Below, piece after piece: positions 51,304 to 61,149 of a stretch of DNA of 64,000 nucleotides. How positions within the stretch are numbered: the first letter of the stretch is position 1; each line of letters starts with the position of its first letter. The DNA is from an uncultured Actinomycetes bacterium (GTDB lineage: Bacteria > Actinomycetota > Actinomycetes > S36-B12 > CAIYMF01). A model generated the notes under the pieces. That model had not been told where the DNA came from. It ran no database searches and was given only the letters and a program-made list of their open reading frames with translations. The DNA lies in contig CAVZRW010000001.1 of the NCBI GenBank assembly GCA_963777855.1, positions 63,679 to 127,678 on the forward strand, written 5' to 3'. The position numbers and the translations under genes are program-made.

Positions 51304-52059
51304 ATGAGCAGCCGCCGCGACGCAGCGTTGGCCTTCGTGGCCTCGCTGCTGGTTCTCGTGGTCTGCCTGGCGTTGTGGGTCTCGGATCGAGGCCAGGGTG
51401 TCGGGACGGACCTGGAACGGGTCACCCTGGCCGCCACGAGCGACGCCGGTGCCGTGGCTGGTCCGCAGGGCGTGGACGCCGGGCTGGAGCCGAGCCCCGT
51501 CACGGACACCTCCGCAGCCGGGCCCGTATCCTCCGCCCCGCCGCAGCAGGGCCCGCGGTTCGCCGACGTCCCCCTGGCTGACGCCACCAGGATCGAGGCC
51601 CCCGCTCCGGTCCCGCCGCCGCGGCGGGTCAGCATCCCGAGCGTGGACATCGCCATGGCGATCACCGCGACCGGGGTGACCTCCGACGGGCAGATGGAAC
51701 TGCCGGGCGACCCGAGCAGGATCGGCTGGTATCGCTTCGGCGCGCTGCCCGGCGATGCCCGGGGCTCGGTCGTCCTCGGCGGCCACGTCGACTCGGTGCG
51801 CTACGGCGTGGGTCCCCTGGCGCGCCTGGCCTCGGTCCGCGAGGGTGCGCGGATCGCCGTGACGGGTTCGGACGGCCAGCGGATCGACTACCGGGTGGCC
51901 AGCGTGCAGCGAATCAGCAAGGCCGCCCTGCCCGTCGACGAGCTGTTCGATCCCGAGGTCGCCCACCGGCTGGTCATCGTCACCTGCGGCGGGCGCTACC
52001 TGCCCGAGGCCGGGGGATATGAGGACAACATCGTGGTGATCGCCGAGCCGTTGCGGTGA
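51304..52059 (+). CDS. Class F sortase
   Basis: Track ORF 51304..52059, with a GGGAGG RBS. N-terminal TM anchor, then IPSVDI, GWYRFGALPGD.GSVVLGGH (catalytic His region), and LVIVTCGG (TLxTC-type Cys). Confidence 0.85.
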   Translation: MSSRRDAALAFVASLLVLVVCLALWVSDRGQGVGTDLERVTLAATSDAGAVAGPQGVDAGLEPSPVTDTSAAGPVSSAPPQQGPRFADVPLADATRIEAPAPVPPPRRVSIPSVDIAMAITATGVTSDGQMELPGDPSRIGWYRFGALPGDARGSVVLGGHVDSVRYGVGPLARLASVREGARIAVTGSDGQRIDYRVASVQRISKAALPVDELFDPEVAHRLVIVTCGGRYLPEAGGYEDNIVVIAEPLR

Positions 52060-52073
52060 CAGGGCCTCCCGCG

Positions 52074-53168
52074 TCACCGCCGCCAGGGCAGCTGTCGGCG
52101 CAGCCACAGGGACACGTAGACCAGGGCGACCAGGGCCGGGACCTCGATGAGCGGGCCGATGACCCCGGCGAGGGCCTGGCCGGAGGTCACCCCCCAGACG
52201 CCGATGCTCACCGCGATTGCGAGTTCGAAGTTGTTGCCGGCGGCAGTGAAGGCCAGGGTGGCGGTCTTGGGGTAGCCGAGGTGGGCCCGCCGGCCGACCA
52301 GGAACGAGATCGACCACATGATCGCGAAGTAGCACAGCAGCGGGATCGCGATCAGCACGACGCTCAGCGGGTCGGAGGTGATGGCCTCGCCCTGCAGGGC
52401 GAACATCACGACGATGGTGAACAGCAGCCCGTAGAGCGCCCACGGCCCGATCCGGGGCAGGAACCGGTTGTCGTACCAGTCGGCACCCCTGCGGGGTCGC
52501 AGGGTGCGTCGGGTGAGGTAGCCCGCGGCCAGGGGGATGCCCAGGAAGATCAGCACCGACCTGGTGATCTCGGCGGTGGAGAAGGTGACGTCCTCGGTGG
52601 GCAGCCCGAGCCAGCCGGGCAGGATCTCGAGGTAGAACGTGCCCAGCAGGGCGTAGGCAAGGACCTGGAACACCGAGTTGATCGCCACCAGCAGCGCGGC
52701 GGCCTCCCGGTCGCCGCAGGCCAGGTCGTTCCAGATCAGCACCATGGCGATGCACCGGGCCAGGCCGATCACGATCAGCCCGGTGCGGAACTCCGGGTAG
52801 TCGGCCAGGAACACCCACGCGAGGGTGAACATCAGGGCCGGGCCGATCACCCAGTTGAGCAGCAGCGAGCTCCAGAGCATGGGCTTGTCGCTGGTGACGT
52901 GGGTCATGTCCTCGTAGTGGACCTTGGCCAGCACCGGGTACATCATCATCAGCAGCCCGAGGGCGATCGGCAGCGAGGTCTGGCCGATCCTCACCGCGTC
53001 CAGGACGTCCTGGATCCCCGGCAGCACCCGCCCGAGGAGCAGCCCGCCGGCCATCGCCAGCAGGATCCACACCGGCAGGAACCGGTCCAACGTGGACAGC
53101 CGGCCCAGGACGGCGGCGTCGTCGTCGGCAGCGGTGACTGCGGGGGAGCGGGGCTCGGAGGGTGCCAC
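52074..53168 (-). CDS. acr3: ACR3-family arsenite efflux permease
   Basis: Track ORF 52074..53168. Motifs: LDRFLPVWILLAM, MMYPVLAKV, LIGLARCIAMVLIWNDLA (conserved Cys), AGNNFELAIAV. Confidence 0.9.
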   Translation of the reverse strand: MAPSEPRSPAVTAADDDAAVLGRLSTLDRFLPVWILLAMAGGLLLGRVLPGIQDVLDAVRIGQTSLPIALGLLMMMYPVLAKVHYEDMTHVTSDKPMLWSSLLLNWVIGPALMFTLAWVFLADYPEFRTGLIVIGLARCIAMVLIWNDLACGDREAAALLVAINSVFQVLAYALLGTFYLEILPGWLGLPTEDVTFSTAEITRSVLIFLGIPLAAGYLTRRTLRPRRGADWYDNRFLPRIGPWALYGLLFTIVVMFALQGEAITSDPLSVVLIAIPLLCYFAIMWSISFLVGRRAHLGYPKTATLAFTAAGNNFELAIAVSIGVWGVTSGQALAGVIGPLIEVPALVALVYVSLWLRRQLPWRR

Positions 53169-53214
53169 CGGAGTGCTCCTGTCGGGCTCGGGGACCAGGG
53201 GGTGTGGGCGCGGC

Positions 53215-53454
53215 TCAGTGGGCGGGGCTCAACAGCCGGGCGATCTCGGCCGCGTCGGGGACGCGCCCGGAGACCAGGACCTGCTCGTCGACGACCAGCC
53301 CGGGGGTGCGCATGACTCCGTAGGAGGCGATGTCGCCGACGTCAGTGACCTTCTCGATGGTGGCGTCCCGGCCGAGGGTGGCCAGCGCGTCCCTGGTGTT
53401 GGCCTCCAGTCGATGGCAGTTGGCGCATCCGGATCCGAGGATCTTGATGATCAT
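53215..53454 (-). CDS. Thioredoxin-fold small redox-active disulfide protein (CxxC)
   Basis: This is the last 79 codons of track ORF 53215..54525: MIIKILGSGCANCHRLE...YGVMRTPGLVVDEQVLVSGRVP. Confidence 0.8.
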   Translation of the reverse strand: MIIKILGSGCANCHRLEANTRDALATLGRDATIEKVTDVGDIASYGVMRTPGLVVDEQVLVSGRVPDAAEIARLLSPAH

Positions 53455-53531
53455 GGTGGTCCCTTTCGTCGGGGTCGGTCGGGAATGGGAGGGGGCCGCT
53501 GCGCCCCGGAGGTGGCCCCGGGTCGTGGTGG

Positions 53532-54596
53532 TCATGTGACGGCCCCGGTCCCGAGGAGGGCGTTGAACAGGTAGCCGACGACGATGATCCCGGTGGCGAC
53601 GACGGCGATGAACAGCCCGAGCAGCCTGGGCTGCAGGACCCGGCGCAGCAGGATCAGCTCGGGCAGGGACAGCGCGACGACGGCCATCATGAACGCCAGC
53701 ACGGTGCCCATGGGCATGCCCTTGGCGTACAGCACCTCGACCAAGGGCATGATGCCGGCGGCGTTCGAGTACAGCGGGATGCCGATCGCGACGGCGACCA
53801 GGACCCCGAAGGGGTTGTCCGCGTTGGCGTAGGTGGTGAAGACGTCGGTGGGGACCCAGCCGTGGATGATGGCTCCCAGGCCGATGCCGACCAGCAGGTA
53901 GGGCCAGATCCGGCGCAGGATGCTGCCGACCTCCTCGATGCCCATCGAGATCCGCTGGTCGAAGGTCAGGCCAGCGGCTGGGTCGATCGGCTGGCCGCGC
54001 AGCGTGGTCTGGAACACGAACGGCTCGACCCAGCGCTCCACGTGCATCCTGCCCAGCACCCAGCCCGCGACGATCGCGATGCTCACCCCGGCCACGACGT
54101 AGATCAGGGCAGTCTGCCAGCCGAACAGGCTCCACAGCAGGCCGATCGCGATCTCGTTGGCCAGGGGGGAGGCGATCAGGAAGCTCAGGGTGACCCCGAT
54201 CGGCACGCCCGCGGCGACGAACCCGATGAACGCCGGGACTGCCGAGCAGGAGCAGAACGGCGTGATCACGCCCAGGCCGGCGGCCATCACGTTGCCGACC
54301 CCCTCGCGCTTGCCGCCGAGCAGGGCTCGCGTTCGCTCCACGCTCATGAAGGAGCGCAGGACCGTGACCACGAAGATGATCCCGCACAGCAGCAGGGTGA
54401 TCTTGACGGTGTCGTAGAGGAAGAAGCGCACTGTCCCGGTCAGCCGGGCCTCGGGGTCCATCCCGAGCACGCCGTGGAGCAGCCAGTCCCAGACGCGGGC
54501 GTTGACCCAGAAGGCCAGCCACCACAGGAACGCCGCGGCTGTGAGCGCGCTCACCTGGCCCCGTCGATCTGTGGGAACCCGTTCGAGCACGTTCAT
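53532..54596 (-). CDS. Membrane permease of the ArsP/UPF0718-like family
   Basis: Track ORF 53532..54665, with the ATG at 54596, adjacent to the upstream ArsR stop. It has about 8-10 TM helices and the TPFCSCSAVP cysteine motif. Confidence 0.75.
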   Translation of the reverse strand: MNVLERVPTDRRGQVSALTAAAFLWWLAFWVNARVWDWLLHGVLGMDPEARLTGTVRFFLYDTVKITLLLCGIIFVVTVLRSFMSVERTRALLGGKREGVGNVMAAGLGVITPFCSCSAVPAFIGFVAAGVPIGVTLSFLIASPLANEIAIGLLWSLFGWQTALIYVVAGVSIAIVAGWVLGRMHVERWVEPFVFQTTLRGQPIDPAAGLTFDQRISMGIEEVGSILRRIWPYLLVGIGLGAIIHGWVPTDVFTTYANADNPFGVLVAVAIGIPLYSNAAGIMPLVEVLYAKGMPMGTVLAFMMAVVALSLPELILLRRVLQPRLLGLFIAVVATGIIVVGYLFNALLGTGAVT

Positions 54597-54597
54597 G

Positions 54598-54924
54598 TCA
54601 GGCCCCCGACCGACCTCGGGGTGTGCCGCGCGTCGGCAGGGCGGCCACGATCCGCGCGTGCGCATCCTCGGCCAGCGTGTAGTCCACCCACCGGCCGCGC
54701 TTGGCCGAGGTCACCAGGCCCGACTCACGCAGCACCTTGAGGTGGTAGCTCAGCACGTTCGGCGCCACCCCGGCGACCGGCTGAAGATCGCAGACGCACC
54801 GGGTCCCTGCGGCGGCCAGCTCGGCCACCAGGCGCCAGCGCACCGGATCTGCCACGACGGCGAGCAGCTCGGCCGCCTGGGCCTGCTGCACCGGGGACCT
54901 GTCCAGCGCCATCGATTCGATCAT
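54598..54924 (-). CDS. arsR: ArsR-family metalloregulator
   Basis: ATG 54924 (MIESMALDRSPVQQAQAAELLAVVADPVRWRLVAELAAAGTRCVCDLQ...SYHLKVLRESGLV). A Cys-x-Cys lies in the recognition region. Confidence 0.85.
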   Translation of the reverse strand: MIESMALDRSPVQQAQAAELLAVVADPVRWRLVAELAAAGTRCVCDLQPVAGVAPNVLSYHLKVLRESGLVTSAKRGRWVDYTLAEDAHARIVAALPTRGTPRGRSGA

Positions 54925-55020
54925 GATTGAAGTGTAGTCGGCTGTTGGTCGCCACGGATGGGCCGAAGGTCCCGACGTGCCCTGCTGCCGGAGGCCGGCG
55001 AGCTCGACCCGACCCTGGAT

Positions 55021-55710
55021 CAGCGTGTGGGCGGATCGGCGGCCTCGGCCCAGCCCTCGATCCGGGTCGTGAGGTCGTCCAGGGTCCGCTCGAAGGCAGC
55101 CGGGGTGCCGACCCGGACGGGGTCGGGCACCGACCAGTGGGTGTGCTCGACCCGGACCTCCTGGTCCGCGGAGTCGCACACCGTGATCACCACGTCCTCG
55201 ACGTCCAGGATCTCGGCTCGTCGAGGCGGGCCGCTCGGCCAGGAGCCTCAGTCCGTGGGACCGGGCAACCCGGAGGGTGCCCGGATGGATCCGCGCCGCG
55301 GGCCGCGTGCCCGCCGACGCGGTCGGGCGCCCGGTGCGGTCGGCCCAGACCGCGGCCGCCAGCTGTGAGCGGGCGGAGTTGCCTGAGCACACGAACACCA
55401 CCCGCCGCGTCGGCAGGGAGGTGATCGGGGAGCGGCCGAGTGCCGCCAGCGCCTCGGGAACCAGGCGCACGTAGGTCCGCCTGCCGTCGGATTCCGAGGG
55501 CAGCCGCCGCACCAGGCCGGCCGCCTCGAGCACCTTGAGGTGGTGGGCGAGCAGGTTCGAGGACATGCCCAGCGCGGCAGCGAGGTCCCGCGGGCCGATG
55601 TCGCCGAGCTCGAGGGAGTCGATGATCCGAAGGCGACCGACATCCGCCAGCGCGGCGTGCCCGGCAGCACGCGACTGCAGGGTCATCGCCAGCGGGGGCT
55701 CAGTCGTCAT
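55021..55710 (-). CDS. ArsR wHTH fused to an LMW-PTP-type arsenate reductase (ArsC); one frame change as assembled
   Basis: ATG 55710. ArsR part: GRLRIIDSLELGDIGPRDLAAALGMSSNLLAHHLKVLEAAGLV. ArsC part: RVVFVCSGNSARSQLAAAVW (CX5R P-loop). After LLAERPAS (about 55212-55228) the continuation EILDVEDVVITVCDSADQEVRVEHTHWSVPDPV...DPPTR-stop (TGA 55021-55023) is in another frame. Confidence 0.8.
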
Positions 55711-55995
55711 TGAGCAAGAGTGACTGTGGCGCGAGGCGCAGTCAAGCAGGGTGAGGACCGTGGGCCGGCCGCGGTCGCGCGGAGTCGGCACAGGGGCGCA
55801 GGTGAACGGGGGGTTACCGACGGCGGAACCTTCGGATGATGGCGACCCCCGTCCTTGACGGCCAGAACCCGATCAGGCCACGATCGCTCAACCATCGTTG
55901 ATCTAAATGGTGGTGACTGCCCACCGCTGGGCATGCGGGAGCGTCGTCACCCTCGGGGTGCGCGATCAGCCCTGATCGGTGTGAGAGGAGCCTCG

Positions 55996-56668
55996 GTGAC
56001 CAGTGACTACGAGCGCACGGACCTGTCCCTGGACCAGGTCCAGGCCCTGCGCACAGCCGCCGTGCAGCTGCAGAGGGACTTCGAGGGAGTCTTCGGGGCC
56101 GAGACGATCGACCGGTTCCTGCACTCCTCCTACGACGCCTTCGCCGGGGGAGCCACGATCACGCGGTACCTCCCGATGCTGGCCGAGCGGTTCGCCAAGC
56201 AGCGCTTGAGGGCGCTGGCCCGGGTGGAGGGGAAGGCGGGCACGGGGATCCCGACCGTGCTGTTCCTGTGCGTGCACAACGCCGGACGCTCGCAGATGGC
56301 TCTCGGGTTCTTCCAGCACCTCGCCGGCGACCGCGCGGCCGCCTGGTCCGGCGGGTCCGAGCCGGGTTCCGAGATCAACCCGGCTGCGGTCGCCGCCATG
56401 GCCGAGGTCGGCATCGACATCACCGCGGAGTTCCCCAAGCCCTGGACCGAGGAGATCCTGCGCGCCGCCGACGTGGTCATCACGATGGGGTGCGGGGACG
56501 CCTGCCCGATCTACCCCGGCAAGCGCTACCTCGACTGGGAGCTCGCCGACCCGGCCGGTCAGTCCGTGGAGGACGTGCGCCCCATCCGCGACGACATCGA
56601 GTGCACGGGTGCGTGGCCTGCTCACCGAGCTCGGTGTCTCACTGGCGGACTCCCCATCGACCGGCTGA
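55996..56668 (+). CDS. arsC: LMW-PTP-type arsenate reductase (ArsC) with about 85-aa N-terminal helical extension; one frame change as assembled
   Basis: GAGAGGAG RBS, GTG 55996. Motifs: VLFLCVHNAGRSQMA (CX5R), VITMGCGDACP. After IRDDIE (about 56599-56604) the conserved tail ARVRGLLTELGVSLADSPSTG-stop (56666-56668) is in another frame. Confidence 0.85.
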
Positions 56669-56708
56669 CGGTCGGAGGGCCGCATCAGTCGCCGGGCGGG
56701 CCCGTCGG

Positions 56709-57717
56709 TCAGATGCGGACGAGCAGCTTGCCCACGTTCTCGCCGTCGAAGAGCATCGGTGAGCGCGTGGGGCAGGTTCTCGAAGCCCTCGACGACGGTC
56801 TCCCGCGCGATGACGCGCCCCTGCGCCAGCCACTGGCCCAGGGCCAACTGGCCCTCGGGGAAGCGGTCCCAGTAGTCCAGGATGATGAACCCCTGCAGGC
56901 GCACCCGCATCGTCAGCAGCCGCCCGAACGCCCGCGGACCGGGCGGCGGATCGGCCTCGTTGTAGCCGGAGATCAGCCCGCACAGCGCGACCCGCGCGCC
57001 GCGGTTCAGCCGCGCGAACACGGCGTCCATGATCTGCCCGCCGACGTTCTCGAAGTCGACGTCGATCCCGTCCGGGGTCGCCGCGCGCAGCTGGGCACGC
57101 CAGTCGTCGGCCTTGTAGTCCACGGCCGCATCGAAGCCGAGCTCCTCGGTGAGCAGGCGGCACTTCTCGGGCCCGCCGGCGATCCCGACCACCCGCGCCC
57201 CCCTCAGCTTCGCCAGCTGCCCGGCGATCGAGCCGACGGCCCCGGCCGCGGCCGAGACCACCACCGTCTCCCCGGGCTGCGGGTCGGCGATCTCCAGCAT
57301 CCCGAAGTACGCGGTCATCCCCGTCGTGCCCAGCACGCCGAGGGTCGCCTCCGGGGCGGCCGGGAAGCTCGCCGGGATCGGGGTCAGGCGCAGCTGGTCG
57401 CCGGCCACGCAGTAGTCCTGCCACCCGGTCAGCCCGGTCGCGTACGAGCCCACCGGGTAGGTCGGGTTGTTCGAGGCGACCACCTGGCCCACGCCCACGG
57501 CGCGCATCACCTCGCCGATGCCGACGGGCGGCAAGTAGGTGGGCACCTCCCCGATCCACGTCCGGTTCGTCGGGTCCACCGACAGGTGGGTCACGCGCAC
57601 AAGCGCCTCCCCGTCGCCGATCTCGGGGACGGGCTGGACGTCGAGCTCGAACGTGGAGTCATCGATGCGCCCCACCGGGCGCTCGCGCAGCAGGAAGCGA
57701 CGGTTCAACTCAGCCAT
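56709..57717 (-). CDS. NADP-dependent medium-chain (zinc-independent, YncB/PTGR-like) oxidoreductase; one frame change near the 3' end as assembled
   Basis: ATG 57717 (MAELNRRFLLRERPVG). Motifs: GLTGMTAY-like LGTTGMTAYFG, Rossmann AAAGAVGSIAGQLAKLRGARVVGIAGG. After ENLPHALTD (about 56750-56758) the usual ending LFDGENVGKLLVRI-stop (56709-56711) is in another frame. Confidence 0.85.
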
Positions 57718-57986
57718 GACCGGACAGTACGCGCATCGCGGGCCGGGCGCGTCCGCGCACCCCTGTCCGGAATCTGCGCATCGACGCACTACTCTCGCGC
57801 CGAGGGGGTGGGCAGTGCCGGGACGGGATCGGGTTGTCATCGGCCACACCGTGGGCGAAGTCCGGCTTCGTCGTCGGGTGCGGCGTCCAGGTCACGGGAT
57901 CCAGGGCCACCCCCACGCAGTTGCGAGTTCCGCATGCCTCACCCACCAGCCAACGTGCCCAGAGCACCCGCCAGGAAGGCCGATTG

Positions 57987-58298
57987 ATGTCCTACAACGC
58001 CCCGCCGCCCGGTTACCCGCAGCCGATGGGCATGCCGCCGGCCAAGCCCAACAACTACCTGGTCTGGTCGATCCTCACCACGTTGTTCTGCTGCCTGCCG
58101 CTGGGCATCGTCGCCATCATCTCCTCGACCAAGGTCGACTCGCTGTACACCTCGGGCCAGTACGTCGAGGCGAACGCTGCCGCGGCCAGTGCCAAGAAGT
58201 GGAACCTGTGGGGCCTCGGCCTGGCCCTGGTGGGTGTTGTCGGCTACGTCGTCATCGTCGTCATCGCGGCCCTGGGCAGCAGCACCACCGGCGCCTGA
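57987..58298 (+). CDS. CD225/dispanin (IFITM-like) family small membrane protein
   Basis: AGGAAGG RBS, ATG 57987. MSYNAPPPGYPQPMGMPPAKPNNYLVWSILTTLFCCLPLGIVAIISSTKV... followed by a second TM. The Pro-rich N-terminus, the FCC.P.G motif and the two-TM layout are the CD225 signature. Confidence 0.8.
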   Translation: MSYNAPPPGYPQPMGMPPAKPNNYLVWSILTTLFCCLPLGIVAIISSTKVDSLYTSGQYVEANAAAASAKKWNLWGLGLALVGVVGYVVIVVIAALGSSTTGA

Positions 58299-58382
58299 CG
58301 AGCCGAGTCGTCCAGCCATGGCCATCGTGGGCAGCCACACCACGCCGACCCCCCCGCGCCCCGGCGTGCCCGAGGTGGCGGG

Positions 58383-58757
58383 GTGCGGCCGCCACCGGCG
58401 GGCCCACAGCGCGCAGCGCTCTGGGCTCGCCTGGCCCCGGCCGGTGTCGTGCTCGCCGCCGCGCTGGCGGTCACCGTCCGCGACCCGCACACCTCAGGAT
58501 CCTGGGGTGTCTGCCCGACCTACGCGATCCTCGGGGTGTACTGCCCCGGGTGCGGATCCCTGCGCGGACTGCACGACCTCGTCGCGGGGAACTGGTCCGA
58601 GGCGATCGGTCACAACGCCCTGATCGTGCCCGGGATCCTGTTCGTCGCGTTCTCCGCGGTGGGCAGGCCCGGGCGGTGGTGGGGCCACGCGTGGCTGGTC
58701 GCGTTCCTCGTGTTCACGGTCGCGCGCAACCTCCCCGGCAGCCCGTTGGCGCCGTAG
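58383..58757 (+). CDS. DUF2752-family membrane protein
   Basis: Track ORF 58383..58757 (GTG start). CPTYAILGVYCPGCGSLRGL (CP...G..CPGCG..R) is the family signature, followed by TM helices. Confidence 0.75.
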   Translation: MRPPPAGPQRAALWARLAPAGVVLAAALAVTVRDPHTSGSWGVCPTYAILGVYCPGCGSLRGLHDLVAGNWSEAIGHNALIVPGILFVAFSAVGRPGRWWGHAWLVAFLVFTVARNLPGSPLAP

Positions 58758-58852
58758 GCGGCGGCCGCGACCGGGTGGCGCACTGGATCCAGGGCACCTC
58801 GGGGATGGGTCCCCACATTCGGAATCAGTCCGGCGGGTCCTGGCCCCCGGAC

Positions 58853-60965
58853 CTACGTCGACCAGTGCACGAGCAGGCTGCGACCTCGGGCCACCACGGT
58901 GTCGCCGGCCCTCACGAGGGTCGTGGACACGGGCTCGGGCCCGTGCAGCGAGGTGTCCAGCTCCAGGCGCCACAGGTCCGCCGGCCGACCGGCGGATGAC
59001 GTGTCGGGGATACGGAACTCCACGGGATCTGGCTCTCCGTTGACCAGGACGAGCAGGTTGCGGTCCAGCAGGGGCTCGCCCCCGCGGTCGTGGTCGGGGG
59101 CGACGGACCCGTCGACGAAGACCGCGACACTGTGCCGCGTCGGGTCCTGCCACATCGGTGCCGACATCGCCGCACCGTCCGGTGCGAACCACACGGAGTA
59201 CCCGGGATCGGCCAGGTACCGGCGCCGGCGCAGCACGGGGTGCGCCCGCCGCATCGCGATCACGCGCCGGACGAAGGCCAGCAGGTCGTCGTCGACGTGC
59301 TGCCAGTCGAACCAGGAGATCTCGTTGTCCTGGCAGTAGGCGTTGTTGTTCCCCCGCTGCGTGCGGCCGAGCTCGTCGCCGCCGAGGATCATGGGGACGC
59401 CGCGGGACAGCAGGAGGGTCATGATGATGGCCCGCAGCGTCCCGGTCCCGTGCGGACTCCACCGCCGGGTCGTCGCTGGGGCCCTCGACCCCGTGGTTCC
59501 ACGAGATGTTGTCGTTGGTCCCGTCCCGGTTGTCCTCCCCGTTGGCCTCGTTGTGCTTGTGGTCGTAGGACACGAGGTCGCGCAGGGTGAAGCCGTCGTG
59601 GCAGGTCACGTAGTTGATCGAGGCGTGGGGGCGCCGCCGGGTCGGCCCGTAGATGTCTGACGACCCGGCCACCCGGGTGGCCAACTCCGGCAGCGTCCGG
59701 GGGCGCCCGGACCAGAAGGCCCGGATGGTGTCCCGGTAGCGGCCGTTCCACTCGCTCCACGTGTCCGGGAACGCCCCCACGCTGTAGCTGTCCCACTGGC
59801 CGACGTCCCACGGCTCGGCAATCAGCTTCACCCGACTGATCACCGGGTCCTGGTCGATGAGGGCGAAGAAGGACGAGAGCCGTTGGAAGCCGCCGTCCTC
59901 TCGCGCGAGGGCGGTGGCCAGGTCGAAGCGGAACCCGTCGACGTGCATGTCGGTGACCCAGTACCGCAGCGAGTCCATGATCAGCCGCAGGCAGGTGTGG
60001 TCGTCGACGTTGTAGGAGTTGCCCGTGCCGGTCGTGTCCAGGTACCGCGACGGGTCGGCAGGATCAACCCGGTAGTAGGCGTGGTTGTCGATCCCGCGGA
60101 AGCACAGGGTCGGGCCGAACTGGTCACCCTCGGCTGTGTGGTTGTAGACCACGTCGAGGATCACCTCGATCCCCGCGGCGTGCAGGGCCAGGACCATCTG
60201 CTGGAACTCCCGCACCTGGCCACCGACCCACCCCGCCTGGAACGCTGCCGAGTACTCCTCGAGTGGGGCGAAGAAGCCGATCGTGTTGTAGCCCCAGTAG
60301 TTGGACAGCCCGGAGCGTGCCTGCGCGCTGGCGGTGATGAACTCGTGGACCGGCAGCAGTTCCACGGCCGTCACGCCGAGCGAGGTCAGATGCCCCACCG
60401 CCGCGGGATGGGCCATGCCGGCGTAGGTCCCGCGCAGTTCCGGGGGGACATCCGGATGGGTGGCCGTGAACCCCTTCACGTGCACCTCGTAGATCACGGA
60501 GTCCGCGTAGGTGGTGCGCGGAGCGACGTCCCCGGCCCAGTCGAAGGTCGGGTCCACGACGAGGCACTTCGGCATGTTGGCCGCGGAGTCCAGCACGGAG
60601 ATCGTGTCCGGTGCGTTCCAGTCGTAGTCGAAGACCTCGGGGCCCCAGTGCAGCTCGCCGTCGAAGGCGCGGGCGTAGGGGTCCAGGAGCAGCTTCGCGG
60701 GGTTGCACCGCAGTCCCCTGCTGCGGTCATAGGGGCCGTGCACCCGATACCCGTACCGCTGCCCGACGCCGACCCCGGGCAGGTAGCCGTGCCAGACGCC
60801 GCTGTCGTACTCCCGCAGCGGCACCTGCTCCTCGTGGCCCGCCTCGTCGAACAGGCACAGGACGACCCTCTGCGCGACTTGGGAGGAAAGGGCGAAGTTG
60901 GTGCCCCGGGCATCGGGCGTCGCCCCCAGGGGGAAGTGGCTTCCCGGCCACACACGGCGGCGCAT
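58853..60965 (-). CDS. glgX: Glycogen debranching enzyme GlgX (GH13_11 isoamylase type); one frame change as assembled
   Basis: ATG 60965 (MRRRVWPGSHFPLGATPDARGTNFAL). Motifs: YWGYN, ILDVVYNHT, DGFRFDLA, AEPWD, VTCHDGFTL. After EGPSDDPAVESAR (about 59441-59470) the continuation LRAIIMTLLLSRGVPMILGGDELGRTQRGNNNAYCQDN continues in track ORF 58853..59422. Confidence 0.9.
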
Positions 60966-61149
60966 GGCTGAAGGCTCCCACCGATGAGGCTGGGGCGACA
61001 GGGTCGAACGGCAGGGGAGGGGGTGGTCTCGTCGGGCGGGGCACGGACCAGTGCCGCACGGTCGGATGGCTCGGGACACTGGTGGATCGCGAGGTGGCCG
61101 GTGCGGGTGGCACTCCGCCCGGGGGAGACCCGCAGTCCTGCCCGTCCGG

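Noticed and set aside
55888-55901. A short inverted repeat tcaac-catc-gttga in the divergent arsR-arsC / arsC region as an ArsR operator.
   Set aside because: The arms are only 5 bp and I cannot show similarity to characterised ArsR operators. It is too weak to report as a feature.
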